The notes beneath the pieces are model-generated. The model was not told the DNA's origin. It did no database searches and saw nothing but the letters and a program-made list of their open reading frames with translations. Position numbers and translations under genes: made by a program. 64,000 bases of DNA from an uncultured bacterium (lineage in GTDB: Bacteria > Bacillota_I > Bacilli_A > RFN20 > CAG-826): the NCBI GenBank assembly GCA_949285455.1, contig CASDXP010000003.1, positions 67,210 through 131,209 on the forward strand, in the 5' to 3' direction. This document shows positions 32,709 to 43,499 of this stretch, piece after piece; within the stretch, counting starts at the first letter, position 1, and every line of letters begins with the position of its first letter.

Positions 32709-34247
32709 ATGGATTCGAAAGATTACAACATTCGCGCAAATGTCATCGCTAATATCATTAAGACCGCTGTCCTTATGATATTAAGTTTTATTACTTTTCC
32801 TTACGTTTGTCGTGTTCTTACTCAAATTAGTGAACCAAATATTCCAGGTGTTGGGGCTAATGCATTAGGTCTTTACACCTGGGCCGCAACTTTCGTCTAT
32901 TACTTTCTTACTTTAGCAAGAATTGGACTCCCAAATATCGCTGTTAGAGAATGTGCTAAAGTAAGAGATGACCGAGCAAAACTTTCTCATAAAGCCCAAG
33001 AATTTTTCATCTTACAGGCTTTTCTTTCCATGGTCTCTTTCATCCTCATGGTCATCATCATGTATTCAGTTGGAGGCGAATTTGTTGAAAATGCGAATTT
33101 AATTTTTATCTTATCGCTTAATTTTCTCATTGGTGTTTTCTCTTTTGAATGGATTTATATCGCTCTAGAAAAACATTTTTATCTCACAATCCGTTCAATT
33201 ATTATCTTAGCTGTCGTCACCGTTTTAACATTTCAATTTATCACTCGCCCTGAAGATTATTTCTTATACGCTATTCTCATGATTTCAACGACAGCGTTAT
33301 CGACTATTTCAAATTTAATATTCATCGGAAAACATATCTCATTTAAAAAGACTGAACCTTACAATTTTAAACAATATATTAAACCGATGATCGTTTTATT
33401 TATCATCGCTATATTAGTAACAATCTACGATAAAAGCGATACTTTTATTCTCGGTGTCATCGATGTGGAAATGGAAGCAGTTGCATCTTATCAAGTAGGT
33501 GTTAAAGCTATCGAAATTGTCATCGGTGTCATCATCTCATTATCGATGGTTTTTACACCACGCGCTTCGCGTTTAATTGAAATCGAAGATAAATCTTATT
33601 TTAGACGTTTAACTTCTTATTCGATGAATATCGTCACATTTATTTCCGTACCCGCTATTATCACGATGGCGGCGCTTGCTCATCCTCTCACTGCTTTAAT
33701 ATCTGGCGATTATCAAGCTAGCATCTATAAAGACGCACCCGTAGTTTTGATGGTTCTAGCGTGTATGATTTTAACTTTTTCGATTTCAAATCTCATTTAT
33801 ACACAAATTCTCATTCCTTTAAAAAGAGAAAAGATTTATATGATGACAATGTTAGGTGGAGCAATTATTAATATTCTCTTATGCATTATTTTAGGTATAT
33901 ATGCTTTCCCTACCGCACCCGCTATTGGAGTGGCTATAGCCACGATGATTGGTGACATCTTAGTGATGTTATTCTTATTAATTTACGCTTGGAAATATGT
34001 CTATTATGCCATATTCAATAAAAATAATTTAAAAATTCTCATCGCTGGTATTTTAATCATCTTCACTAGCGTTTTCCTTTACCCACTCATCGATAAAGCT
34101 TTATTACAAGCTATGCCTTCGATGCAAACTCTCATCTATAGTTTAGATATCATTTTCATCGTCCTAATTGATGCTATCATCTATCTTGGTTTCTTATTCA
34201 TCAGCAAAGAAAACCTCATCTCTTCTTTCTTTAGAAAAAACAAATAA
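32709..34247 (+). CDS. Wzx oligosaccharide flippase
   Basis: About 14 TM helices, ITFPYV.RVL, IYDKSD...LG; adjacent to the GT genes. Confidence 0.88.
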   Translation: MDSKDYNIRANVIANIIKTAVLMILSFITFPYVCRVLTQISEPNIPGVGANALGLYTWAATFVYYFLTLARIGLPNIAVRECAKVRDDRAKLSHKAQEFFILQAFLSMVSFILMVIIMYSVGGEFVENANLIFILSLNFLIGVFSFEWIYIALEKHFYLTIRSIIILAVVTVLTFQFITRPEDYFLYAILMISTTALSTISNLIFIGKHISFKKTEPYNFKQYIKPMIVLFIIAILVTIYDKSDTFILGVIDVEMEAVASYQVGVKAIEIVIGVIISLSMVFTPRASRLIEIEDKSYFRRLTSYSMNIVTFISVPAIITMAALAHPLTALISGDYQASIYKDAPVVLMVLACMILTFSISNLIYTQILIPLKREKIYMMTMLGGAIINILLCIILGIYAFPTAPAIGVAIATMIGDILVMLFLLIYAWKYVYYAIFNKNNLKILIAGILIIFTSVFLYPLIDKALLQAMPSMQTLIYSLDIIFIVLIDAIIYLGFLFISKENLISSFFRKNK

Positions 34248-34320
34248 AAAGAGGAGGCTATGAAATATCATAATAATGAGAAAGGAGTGCAATTATGACA
34301 AGGAGGAGCCTCCCCTTCTA
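34245..34320 (-). ncRNA. Candidate small RNA: long hairpin with anti-SD loop and bulge
   Basis: Outer stem GAAGGGGAGGCU/AGCCUCCUCUUU, inner stem UGUCAUAAU/AUUAUGAUA, loop GCACUCCUUUCUC. G-U pairs favour the minus strand. TAAGAT box at 34327-34332 upstream and a U-rich tail downstream. Confidence 0.5.
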
Positions 34321-34346
34321 AAAACCATCTTACTCTAAAATGAAAG

Positions 34347-34376
34347 AAAAATCCACTGCTGGAGTGGATTTTTTTC
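34347..34376. terminator. Bidirectional intrinsic terminator
   Basis: AAAAATCCACT-GCTGG-AGTGGATTTTTTT between the convergent wzx and LRR genes. Confidence 0.85.
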
Positions 34377-34400
34377 AAATTATTTCTAAAAATTAATAAA

Positions 34401-36392
34401 TTATTCTACATTGGAGATTGGGCTAGGAATACCTTGTTCGTTATATTCCCATTCTCCAGCCCAATAAACAGGGATGGATTCATCTTTCCAATTTTCGACC
34501 CAAATACGATTGTAAGTTGGTTCATCAGTTAAAGAATAGATGACAAAATTTTCATCCATCTCAGTAAATGATAAAGCTTCAACTTGTCTTAAATTTTCAG
34601 GTAAGACGACGTAATCAAGCGAAACGCATTGAGCAAAACTACGATTACGAATAACGCCAACGCTTGAAGGAATTTCGATGCTTTCCAAAGAAACACAACC
34701 ATCGAATAAAGAAGCTGGAATAGCGCTGAACCTTGAATTGTTAGGAAGGCTAATACTTCTTAAGGAGGAAGCGTTTCTAAAACCAGCGGAATTGAAATTG
34801 AAGACGGAATCAGGAATGACAATTTCTTCTAAAGAAGTACAATTTTCAAAAGCACTTGGACCAATAATTTCTAAAGACGAATCGTAAGTAATTGTTCCTA
34901 CTGGATTACCTTCACTATCAATGTCACTATAGAAGACGTCTAATTCAAATTCGATATGTTCTAAATTAGTGTTATTGTAAAATTGATAGCCTTGAATCTC
35001 ATTGACACCACTTGGAATGACGACGCTAGAAAACTTTGGAGCGTCTTCTTGGCTATCGCTACCAAAAATGTAACCATCTGAACCGACCGCAGTAAAAGTC
35101 GTTAAGCTACTTGGAAGCATAATCATACCTTCATAAGATCCAGGTAAGACTTCGCCATTCGCATCTAAGACTTGGAAAGTTCTTAAAGAACGACAATTTC
35201 TAAAAGCATATTGGCCGATGCTTCTTAAACCAACATCATAAGCTACAACTTTCTCTAAATTACGACAATTTTCAAAGACACCAGTTTGAATACTTGTAAT
35301 AGCTTGTGGAATACGAATTTCTTTAATCGCTGTATTTCTAAAAGCATATTGGCCGATGGAAGTTAAATCACGTGGGAGATTAACTGTCGCTAAGGAAGTA
35401 CAACCATCGAACATATAAGAAGAAATACTAGCTAAAGGCGCATCAGTAGAAATACTAAAACTTGTTAAATTAACACAATTTTGGAAGACACCTTCTCCTA
35501 ATGTAAGAAGACTCATCGGGAAAGAAAAAGCACCAGTAATATTAGTGTTTGCAAATGCATAAGCACCAATATTAGTTAAATTATTAGGTAAATCTTCTGA
35601 ATCTAAAGTTAACGATGTGCAACCATCGAAAGCATTCGCACCAATCGAGTGCACGTTATCGTGGAAACGTACTTCTTCTAAGCTTGTGCAATCTGCAAAC
35701 AAAGCTGAAGGAATCTCAGTAATAGTTTCAGGAATCTCGGCAAAAACCACTCCTTCCTGACCGGCGAATAAAGAATTAGTGACGCCAGTAACATTACCGA
35801 ATGTAATATCGACGACATTATAAACGCTAGGGTCAAATTCAGCTTTCGTTTCTTCGCTAGCAACTAAAACAGTATTTGTAGGGAACACTTTCGTATAAGC
35901 GATGATAACTTGGCCTAAATAAACCCAACCATCTTCATCGGAAGAATGTTCAATATAATAAGTACCAACGAACGCATCTTCACCAATTTCATTAATATTT
36001 TGACTAGGAACAATTTCACTTAAATTCGTACAGCCATAGAACGCTCTATCACCGATTGTAGTAATAGTATCAGGTAAAGTCACTTTTCTTAAACGTGTAA
36101 AATTTAAGAAAGCTTCATCAGCGATCGTCGTAACAGGATAACCGTCGATCGTCGAAGGAATGATAAAATCCTCAGGTGCGTTCACTTCATCAATATCAGT
36201 GATGATAACTTCTCTATCTTGATCTTGTAAGGTGTAACGATAAGAAATGAAAGGAATGTTAACGATATCGTTAAGCCAAAAAACAATGAGAGCCCAATAA
36301 GTTAAAGAAAGAGCAATGATAGCGACAGCTGCGAATATAGAGGCTTTGATAATCGTCTTCTTCGTCTGGGGACTAATCTTTTTTAATTGCAT
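34401..36392 (-). CDS. BspA-like leucine-rich repeat (LRR_5) surface protein
   Basis: Many IP..VT.IG..AF..C..L repeats, N-terminal TM anchor. Start reassigned to ATG 36392 (GGAGG SD). Confidence 0.92.
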   Translation of the reverse strand: MQLKKISPQTKKTIIKASIFAAVAIIALSLTYWALIVFWLNDIVNIPFISYRYTLQDQDREVIITDIDEVNAPEDFIIPSTIDGYPVTTIADEAFLNFTRLRKVTLPDTITTIGDRAFYGCTNLSEIVPSQNINEIGEDAFVGTYYIEHSSDEDGWVYLGQVIIAYTKVFPTNTVLVASEETKAEFDPSVYNVVDITFGNVTGVTNSLFAGQEGVVFAEIPETITEIPSALFADCTSLEEVRFHDNVHSIGANAFDGCTSLTLDSEDLPNNLTNIGAYAFANTNITGAFSFPMSLLTLGEGVFQNCVNLTSFSISTDAPLASISSYMFDGCTSLATVNLPRDLTSIGQYAFRNTAIKEIRIPQAITSIQTGVFENCRNLEKVVAYDVGLRSIGQYAFRNCRSLRTFQVLDANGEVLPGSYEGMIMLPSSLTTFTAVGSDGYIFGSDSQEDAPKFSSVVIPSGVNEIQGYQFYNNTNLEHIEFELDVFYSDIDSEGNPVGTITYDSSLEIIGPSAFENCTSLEEIVIPDSVFNFNSAGFRNASSLRSISLPNNSRFSAIPASLFDGCVSLESIEIPSSVGVIRNRSFAQCVSLDYVVLPENLRQVEALSFTEMDENFVIYSLTDEPTYNRIWVENWKDESIPVYWAGEWEYNEQGIPSPISNVE

Positions 36393-37554
36393 CTTTTCGG
36401 CCTCCTTTCGTTGCTTTTTTAATTTTATCGTTATAAGCATTGAGAACTTTTAAATCTTCTTTATATTTTTCTAATTCGGCTTTATTTGCGCGAACAAAAT
36501 GATTTGGTTCTATCTCATAGAAATCTGGCATATCTTCTTCGCTATAATGATGCATATCAGGCGAATAGACTACAATCTTTTTCTTACTTTCAATGCGCGG
36601 ATCAGGAATTGGTACAGCAGAAAGTAAGGCTTTTGTATAAGGATGTAATGGTGCTTCAAAAAGCCTATTTGCATCTGCGAGTTCGACAATCTTACCAGAA
36701 TTGATGACAGCGATACGATCAGAAATGTAACGGACGACACTTAAGTCGTGAGCGATAAATAAGACAGTCATCTTATTTTCTTGTTGGAATTGTTTAATCA
36801 AATTTAAAACTTGCGCGCGAATGGAGACGTCAAGTGCTGAAATAGGTTCATCAGCGATGACCATTTCAGGACCCATAATCATACATCGAGCAATACCAAT
36901 ACGTTGTCTTTGACCACCGCTAAATTCGTGTGGATAACGTTTGAGGTGTTCAGGCATCAAACCAACTTTTTCAAGCATTAATGTAATCTTATTAAGACGA
37001 TCTTCTTCATCTTCGTAAAGATGGAATGCTCTTAAACCTTCAGAAACGATGTAGTCGACGTTCGCTCTTTCATTTAATGAAGCGCTTGGATCTTGGAAAA
37101 TCATTTGTATCTTAGTTTTTAAGGCCCTTTCGACGTGATGAGGAATCTTACCTGAAATAGGAACATTATTATAAGTGATGACACCACCGGAAACAGGATT
37201 GACTCTAATGATAGCGCGGCCAATAGTTGTCTTACCAGAACCAGATTCACCTACTAAACCTAAAATTTCACCACGTTTAATATCTAAATTTAAATGATCG
37301 ATGACAACTCTTTCCGTATTACCACGCTTGAAACCAATTCTTACATCGCGCAATTTCACTAAGATTTCATCTTCGTTCTTAATTTGTCCTTTTGGTTCTT
37401 TAAACTCAGGAGCGTTCTTTCTTTTACGATATTTTTTCTCGTGCTGCTCTTTTAAATAATTGATGACAGATTCATTAGAGTGCGTGCCAGTATCAAAAAT
37501 TTCATGAGCCAATTCTTTTGCTTTATTAGGTGTCATCTTTTCATTATTTTTCAT
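36373..37554 (-). CDS. oppF: Oligopeptide ABC transporter ATPase
   Basis: [30 protein letters not shown]; start ATG 37554 (AGGTG SD). Confidence 0.92.
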   Translation of the reverse strand: MKNNEKMTPNKAKELAHEIFDTGTHSNESVINYLKEQHEKKYRKRKNAPEFKEPKGQIKNEDEILVKLRDVRIGFKRGNTERVVIDHLNLDIKRGEILGLVGESGSGKTTIGRAIIRVNPVSGGVITYNNVPISGKIPHHVERALKTKIQMIFQDPSASLNERANVDYIVSEGLRAFHLYEDEEDRLNKITLMLEKVGLMPEHLKRYPHEFSGGQRQRIGIARCMIMGPEMVIADEPISALDVSIRAQVLNLIKQFQQENKMTVLFIAHDLSVVRYISDRIAVINSGKIVELADANRLFEAPLHPYTKALLSAVPIPDPRIESKKKIVVYSPDMHHYSEEDMPDFYEIEPNHFVRANKAELEKYKEDLKVLNAYNDKIKKATKGGRKDAIKKD

Positions 37555-38629
37555 ACGTATCACCTAACTCTTTCTGTAACTCTTCTGCTGCCATCTGCAT
37601 TCTTTCACGCAAATTTTGAATGACGCGTGGTTTATTCACCTTAGGAGCGTTTTCATCAAGTAACCAAGTTTTGGCGTAATGCGTTTCACTTATTTTAAAT
37701 AAAGGTGGTTCTTGAATATAATCGATGCGTAAAGCATATTCATTACGCGGAGCGAAAGCGTCGCCGATAATTTCATCACCAAATGTAGGCGGATTACCTT
37801 TGATATAAAGCAAAGGTTCTTCTTTTGTGCCAAGTTGTGGTAAGCTCGAAAGAAGCGCCCATGTATAAGGATGTGCAGGACGATAGAAAACGTCTTCTGA
37901 GGTACCAATTTCGACGAATTGACCACCATACATCACAGCGATACGATCCGCCACTTTAGCGACGACACCTAAATCGTGCGTGATGAATATAATCGTCCAA
38001 CCATATTCTTCTTGTAATTCTTTAATTAAATCTAAAATTTGTGTCTGAACAGTAACGTCTAATGCCGTTGTTGGTTCATCACAAATAAGAACTTCTGGAC
38101 GACAAGCTAAAGCGATAGCGATGACGACTCTTTGTCTCATCCCACCACTATATTGGAAAGGATAATCATCATATCTTTTACGTGCGTCAGGTATTCTAAC
38201 TCTTTCTAATAATTTGATAGCTTCTTCTTTTGCTTCTTTCTTAGAAAGACCATGATGCAATCTTAAAACTTCACTAATTTGGTAACCAATCGATAATAAA
38301 GGATTTAAAGAAGTCATCGGATCTTGGAAAATAGTAGCAATTCTTTTACCTCTAATACCATACCAATCTTTCGACTTTTTAAATTTCGTCACATCGATAT
38401 CACCGAACATAATCGAGCCGCTATCGATGTAACCATTCGCATCTAACATCCCAGTAAAAGTTTTAGTGAAAACAGATTTACCAGAACCCGATTCACCGAC
38501 GATAGCTAAAGTTTCGCCTTTATAGACATCTAAAGATACGTCACGAATGACGTGCACTTTCTTACCATGCGAAAGGAATTTGACATTAAGATTTTTGACT
38601 GAGATGACGATTTCTTTTTCGTTTGCCAT
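37544..38629 (-). CDS. oppD: Oligopeptide ABC transporter ATPase
   Basis: [37 protein letters not shown]. Confidence 0.93.
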   Translation of the reverse strand: MANEKEIVISVKNLNVKFLSHGKKVHVIRDVSLDVYKGETLAIVGESGSGKSVFTKTFTGMLDANGYIDSGSIMFGDIDVTKFKKSKDWYGIRGKRIATIFQDPMTSLNPLLSIGYQISEVLRLHHGLSKKEAKEEAIKLLERVRIPDARKRYDDYPFQYSGGMRQRVVIAIALACRPEVLICDEPTTALDVTVQTQILDLIKELQEEYGWTIIFITHDLGVVAKVADRIAVMYGGQFVEIGTSEDVFYRPAHPYTWALLSSLPQLGTKEEPLLYIKGNPPTFGDEIIGDAFAPRNEYALRIDYIQEPPLFKISETHYAKTWLLDENAPKVNKPRVIQNLRERMQMAAEELQKELGDTYEK

Positions 38630-38644
38630 ATCAAAAATTCCTTC

Positions 38645-39715
38645 CTACCTATGATTCTTAGGATCAGTTGCGTCAGAAAGCGCTAAACCTAAATAGAAGA
38701 AAGCTACTGTCAGAGGTACTAAGACCACCAGCGGTGCTACTAATAAATACCAATATTCCATCCAAGGCGCACTTGCCCCAGATGCTGTCGCAGTCGCCCC
38801 TTGGGTCGCTTGCGTAAGCACTTGACCTAAAGTAATATCGCCTTTAGAAATCTTAAAGGAAAGACCGAAGAAGGCGAGACCAACTTCAGAAGAAATCGCG
38901 GCTGGAATCGAAGTGGAAGCCACAGTGACGATGACACTAACTAAATATGGTAATAGGTTATGAGTAATCATCGCTTTCGAAGATGAACCTAAGGTTTGAG
39001 AAGCGATGTTATATTCCCGGTTACGAATAATAATAATCTGATTTCGAATGAAGCTAGCAAGACCAAGCCAGCCAAACATCGTCAACAAGAATGTAACAAT
39101 TAAGAAAGCATAATCATCCATATATCTTACGAGTAGTTGCATAAATAAGATGTTAAGTAAGATACTTGGAACGTTATTAACAAAGTTACGAATTTCGAGC
39201 ATGATAGGATCTAGCCATTTAAAATATCCCCACAAAGAGCCAATTAATATGCCTAAGAACGTATCAATTAAGGCGACGACAACGCCGAGAAGTAAAGATA
39301 ATCTAGCCCCTTCCCAAACGACTGACCACATATCTAAGCCTTCCCAAGCCGCGCCCATATTGTGACCACAGACGCCGAACCAGTTGACGGCATTAGGCCA
39401 GACATAATAACCTTGACTTGCTTCTCCAAAACGATCTGCTTCATCAAATGGCACGACTTTAAAAGAATGGATCATCGGTCCAAAAATCGTAAAGAAGACG
39501 ATGAGGAAAAGTAAGAACAAACAGACGATGACAAGAGGATTTTTAAATAAATTACGGAAAGTAATTTTCCAATAGGAATAAGGTGCAGAATTAAGTTTTT
39601 CAATTTCATCATCTTGCGTTCCGACGACAGTGAACAAATCATCGACATCATGTGGAATGAGTTCGTCGACGTTTTTTGTGCCGCTTGCATGTGTAGAAGT
39701 CATCTTTTCTAACAT
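38645..39715 (-). CDS. oppC: Oligopeptide ABC transporter permease
   Basis: SYWK..FR OppC_N region, EY..AS..LG EAA loop, ends DATDP. Confidence 0.92.
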   Translation of the reverse strand: MLEKMTSTHASGTKNVDELIPHDVDDLFTVVGTQDDEIEKLNSAPYSYWKITFRNLFKNPLVIVCLFLLFLIVFFTIFGPMIHSFKVVPFDEADRFGEASQGYYVWPNAVNWFGVCGHNMGAAWEGLDMWSVVWEGARLSLLLGVVVALIDTFLGILIGSLWGYFKWLDPIMLEIRNFVNNVPSILLNILFMQLLVRYMDDYAFLIVTFLLTMFGWLGLASFIRNQIIIIRNREYNIASQTLGSSSKAMITHNLLPYLVSVIVTVASTSIPAAISSEVGLAFFGLSFKISKGDITLGQVLTQATQGATATASGASAPWMEYWYLLVAPLVVLVPLTVAFFYLGLALSDATDPKNHR

Positions 39716-39729
39716 AACTGCCTCCTCTC

Positions 39730-40917
39730 CTAATTAGTAAATTTAATACGTGGATCAGCGATTGCAGTGATAATATCACCAAGTAAATATGAGACGATGG
39801 AAATTAAAGCCGTCACGATGACAATTCCTTGCACAGCGAAGAAATCGTGCGCATTATTAGCGTTAATTAACATGTCACCAATACCGTTGATGCCATAAAT
39901 TCTTTCGATGTAGAATGAGCCCAATAAAGCTCCTAAAATTGCCGAAGGGAAAGTACGAACGAGAGGAACAATTGCATTTCTAAAGACGTGAATACGTGTA
40001 ATACGTCCTTCGCTTAAACCTTTCGCTCTTGCAAATTTAACATAATCAGCGTTAAATTCATCGATCATATAACGTCTCACCCATAACGCGATACCAGCCA
40101 TACCAGTAAAACCAATAGTGAGTACAGGCGGTAACCAGGTCAAGAAGTTATTGACATCATATCTTGCGGGTAAGAAGAAGCCAGCGACGAAAATTGACAT
40201 CCAAATGTAATAATAAGCTACACCCGGAATAGCGTCGATCGAAATAATGTAAGCTTTACCTATTTTATCGACGATACCATCTTTACGTTTCGCCATGAGC
40301 ATCCCTAAAGGATAACCGAGGACAATTTGAACAAAAGACGCTAAAATACCAACTGGGAAAGAGACCATCATCTTTTCACCGATGTAATCGATGACGTAAA
40401 CTGGTCCACTAGTTAAATCAGCAACATCACGAGAATAAATTTGACCTAAGTCAAATAGGAAGAATCGACAATCGGTGACGTTATTGTAATAGACACCATC
40501 GATAAGTAAGTTTGTCGATTGACATAAAGTCTTAGGAATTGGCATGATGTCATAAAGGAATTGCATCAATTGTTCAAATGGCCCACCAACGAAGCCCATC
40601 TGAGCTCTAAAAATTTCACAACGCGACTGGACGACAGCTTCAGGAAGTTTTTGCCAAGCGGTCGAGAATTGCGTCGTCAAGCAAAGCTGATCGATATCGA
40701 CAGTCGCACGAATTAAAAAGAAGGTGACGATGATAGCAAGAAGCACGGAAATAAGTGCTGAGCCAATACGTCTTAAAGAATAGCGAAGCAATGGATGTCC
40801 AAATATTCTTTGTACAGGACCAGTCTTAAAAATCACCTGGTGGGCAACAAGTTCGATGAATACCACCAAAGCGACGATTAAGAATAAGATAGTATATGAA
40901 ACGAGATAAAATGACAT
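39730..40917 (-). CDS. oppB: Oligopeptide ABC transporter permease
   Basis: DYVKFARAKGL, H.FRNA, IERIY.I.GIG, ends DPRI. Confidence 0.92.
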   Translation of the reverse strand: MSFYLVSYTILFLIVALVVFIELVAHQVIFKTGPVQRIFGHPLLRYSLRRIGSALISVLLAIIVTFFLIRATVDIDQLCLTTQFSTAWQKLPEAVVQSRCEIFRAQMGFVGGPFEQLMQFLYDIMPIPKTLCQSTNLLIDGVYYNNVTDCRFFLFDLGQIYSRDVADLTSGPVYVIDYIGEKMMVSFPVGILASFVQIVLGYPLGMLMAKRKDGIVDKIGKAYIISIDAIPGVAYYYIWMSIFVAGFFLPARYDVNNFLTWLPPVLTIGFTGMAGIALWVRRYMIDEFNADYVKFARAKGLSEGRITRIHVFRNAIVPLVRTFPSAILGALLGSFYIERIYGINGIGDMLINANNAHDFFAVQGIVIVTALISIVSYLLGDIITAIADPRIKFTN

Positions 40918-40967
40918 CGCTAAACCTTTCCTTTTCTATAATAAATAATTTTGATAAATAAACAAGG

Positions 40968-40999
40968 AAAAGAGAGAGCTAGCGAGCGCTAGCCCCCTC
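40968..40999 (-). terminator. Strong intercistronic hairpin between oppA and oppB
   Basis: GAGGGGGCTAGC-GCTC-GCTAGCTCTCTC-TTTT on the minus strand; partial terminator or mRNA stabiliser. Confidence 0.8.
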
Positions 41000-41014
41000 A
41001 ATTAACCTCATTAA

Positions 41015-43369
41015 TTATTCAAATTGATAGTCGTAAATGTAGACGTTACCAGTTTCTGCAATAGCTTCTGCTTTTAATTTTTCGAAATGGGCAACCATCT
41101 CTTGACGTTGTTGACCAGATGGTGGATTTAATAAGACCCACATACCGATGAGTTTAGAAGTTGATAAACCATAACCTGCAGATGGTGATTCATAGCCGAT
41201 AGCGTTAGAAATAGATGCTCTGTAGCCTTGACCTTGGTTATATAAAGGTAAGCAGATATAAATTTCGTTTAAGAGCATGTATTCTGCTTGGGCAAAATAA
41301 GAGAATCTTGAGACATAGTCTTGATATTCTCGACGACCAGCTGAAACGATTTGATCATATTCAGCAAGAATATTTTCCATGTATTCAAGAGCCGTACCAT
41401 CAGCGTTTAAGCGGTAACCATCAACATCGCTATCCGTACCAGTAGTGAAAGCCATATCACCGCCGGTAGTGTAGATGTTCAAGTAAGATAGAGGATCGCC
41501 GTAGTCAGCTTGCCAACCCCAAACATTTAAATGTCCATAAGCAGCGTTTGCAGCTTGTGTCCAGTTATCTTGAGAAGTGAAGTTGTCGTTATTGATGACG
41601 CGGAGTAAAGGATATTGGCTACCTTCACAAAGCGGCATATCTTCAGTCACTTCACCACTACGGACTGTACAACCATTCGCACGATTGTTAAGAGAATTAG
41701 ACCAAAGAGTATCTTCTCTCATACTATCATCGGAGAAACCACCTAAAGAAAGTTGTTCAACTTGGATAGGAAGGTGGATAGGATCTTGAGGATTTATTTG
41801 ATTGTAAAGTTCGATAGCTTTTTCTGCTCTTTCACGTAAAGGTTCAATGTCTGCAAGCGTTAAATTGACACCATCATATTGACCAGGTGCTAATTTTTCT
41901 CTAGCTTCTTCAGCAGTCATGCCTTCTTGTGAAGCATAGTATTCATAATAATAATCAGTGTAATCAGTATCAGTGTCATCGAAAACAAAGTTTTCTGGCA
42001 CTAAGGTGTTAAGTTGCACTTGTTGTTGTTCTTCTAACATTTCACCGTGACGTTTATTGTAGACGGAGAAATCGAGCGATCTTAAGAGCAATTCACGCAC
42101 TTCTTGAATAGATAAAGCAAGGTTCGTGTTATGCAATTCTTGATCATTTAATTCGGAATTTTGTGCTTGCGCACTCGTACCACCATCTACTAAATTAGGA
42201 CGATTAATGTTCAAAGTCATCAACCAAGTGTAGGAAATATTATCGTAGAAACGAGAGTTGACGATTGGATCATATGGATCTCTTAATGTACCGGTACCAT
42301 CTGGACCAGCAATATATTTGTTCCATCCTTCGATATCTTTAGAATTGAGGGTGAAACCATCAATTTCGCCATTTTCGAAAGCGATTCTTGCCGTATTTTC
42401 ATTCGTCGCTTGTTCAGTACTAATAATGTGATAAGTTACTGTATCGACGTGAACCATATCGATATTCCAATAATTTTCATTCTTTTTGTAAACAATTTGG
42501 CTATCGTCAGATTGTTGTAAAAGGTATGGTCCGCAGTAAAGAATAGAATCCGCACCACGACCGAAATCGTTAGAATGCGCTGCTAAGAAATCAGCGTTAG
42601 TCGGTAAGAATGGAGAGTAAGTGAGCATCGTGGGGAAAAAGATTGCTTTTTCAGTTAATGAGTAAACTAATTGACCTTGTTCATTCACACGAATACCAAC
42701 TCTTTCAAAATTACCAATTGGGGTTACATCATCCGCAGAAATAGAAACTTCTTCGTGGAAGTTATCGCGAATGTAAGATTGCATTCTAATTGCTTTTTGA
42801 GCATCAGTTCTCAATTTTTGTGCTTCTTGTGGATTCGTCGCAATTAAATATTGAACGTAAGTATATGCTTGATATTCTTTCGTTCCTTCGATGAACATCG
42901 TCACCATGAAGGAAGTATCGGACATCGTCGCATAATCAAGAACACGTTTTGCAGTCGTAATCCAGTCTTCCGCTTTGACAAATTGTGGTTCGCCTGCACT
43001 ATTGGTGTATTGCTTACCATCATAAGTCATCCAAGGCACATTTTCACGGATGGTAAAAGTAAATTGGTTCCAGTCTTTATTGTGGGTGACATTGCTAGCG
43101 AGAGCTTTAACTAAACGACCATATTGATCGTTAGTGAGTAAACCATCGACAAAGTTAGCGATGTGATTAGAGTTAGTCGCTTCTTGAGTTTTATGGTAGT
43201 CGAGAGTGTCGAATAACACAGTGTCAAACGCATCATATGTTAACTTCGCGGTCGCACCATTCATGTAATCACCAGTGACGATTTGGGTTTCAACTTCAGG
43301 GCCGCCGCAAGCGGTGAGAGCCATGATAGTGACGCCTAGAACCGAGGCTTTTAAACCTAATTTTTTCAT
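41015..43369 (-). CDS. oppA: Oligopeptide-binding lipoprotein
   Basis: Lipobox LTAC, DGLL..D.YG, YCGPY, WQADYGDPLSYL; heads the opp operon. Confidence 0.9.
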   Translation of the reverse strand: MKKLGLKASVLGVTIMALTACGGPEVETQIVTGDYMNGATAKLTYDAFDTVLFDTLDYHKTQEATNSNHIANFVDGLLTNDQYGRLVKALASNVTHNKDWNQFTFTIRENVPWMTYDGKQYTNSAGEPQFVKAEDWITTAKRVLDYATMSDTSFMVTMFIEGTKEYQAYTYVQYLIATNPQEAQKLRTDAQKAIRMQSYIRDNFHEEVSISADDVTPIGNFERVGIRVNEQGQLVYSLTEKAIFFPTMLTYSPFLPTNADFLAAHSNDFGRGADSILYCGPYLLQQSDDSQIVYKKNENYWNIDMVHVDTVTYHIISTEQATNENTARIAFENGEIDGFTLNSKDIEGWNKYIAGPDGTGTLRDPYDPIVNSRFYDNISYTWLMTLNINRPNLVDGGTSAQAQNSELNDQELHNTNLALSIQEVRELLLRSLDFSVYNKRHGEMLEEQQQVQLNTLVPENFVFDDTDTDYTDYYYEYYASQEGMTAEEAREKLAPGQYDGVNLTLADIEPLRERAEKAIELYNQINPQDPIHLPIQVEQLSLGGFSDDSMREDTLWSNSLNNRANGCTVRSGEVTEDMPLCEGSQYPLLRVINNDNFTSQDNWTQAANAAYGHLNVWGWQADYGDPLSYLNIYTTGGDMAFTTGTDSDVDGYRLNADGTALEYMENILAEYDQIVSAGRREYQDYVSRFSYFAQAEYMLLNEIYICLPLYNQGQGYRASISNAIGYESPSAGYGLSTSKLIGMWVLLNPPSGQQRQEMVAHFEKLKAEAIAETGNVYIYDYQFE

Positions 43370-43390
43370 GTTTTTTCTCCTTTCGTAAAC

Positions 43391-43444
43391 TAATCTTTTG
43401 AAAGATTATGCGTAATGATATCACTTTACGTATGTAAGAAGCAA
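43391..43444 (-). promoter_or_regulatory. Putative opp promoter with two inverted repeats
   Basis: TTGCTT-N18-TATCAT with TG extension; palindromes TAATCTTT-TG-AAAGATTA (43391-43408) and ATGCGTAA...TTACGTAT (43408-43433). Confidence 0.45.
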
Positions 43445-43499
43445 CAAAAAATATTAAAAAATAATAAATAAAGCGTTAAATAGTTAAAATTAACTAAAG

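Noticed and set aside
35200..35360. Nucleotide repeat TTTCTAAAAGCATATTGGCCGATG occurring twice
   Set aside because: Explained by duplicated LRR units (SIGQYAFRN) inside the coding sequence; no reverse transcriptase nearby to suggest a DGR.
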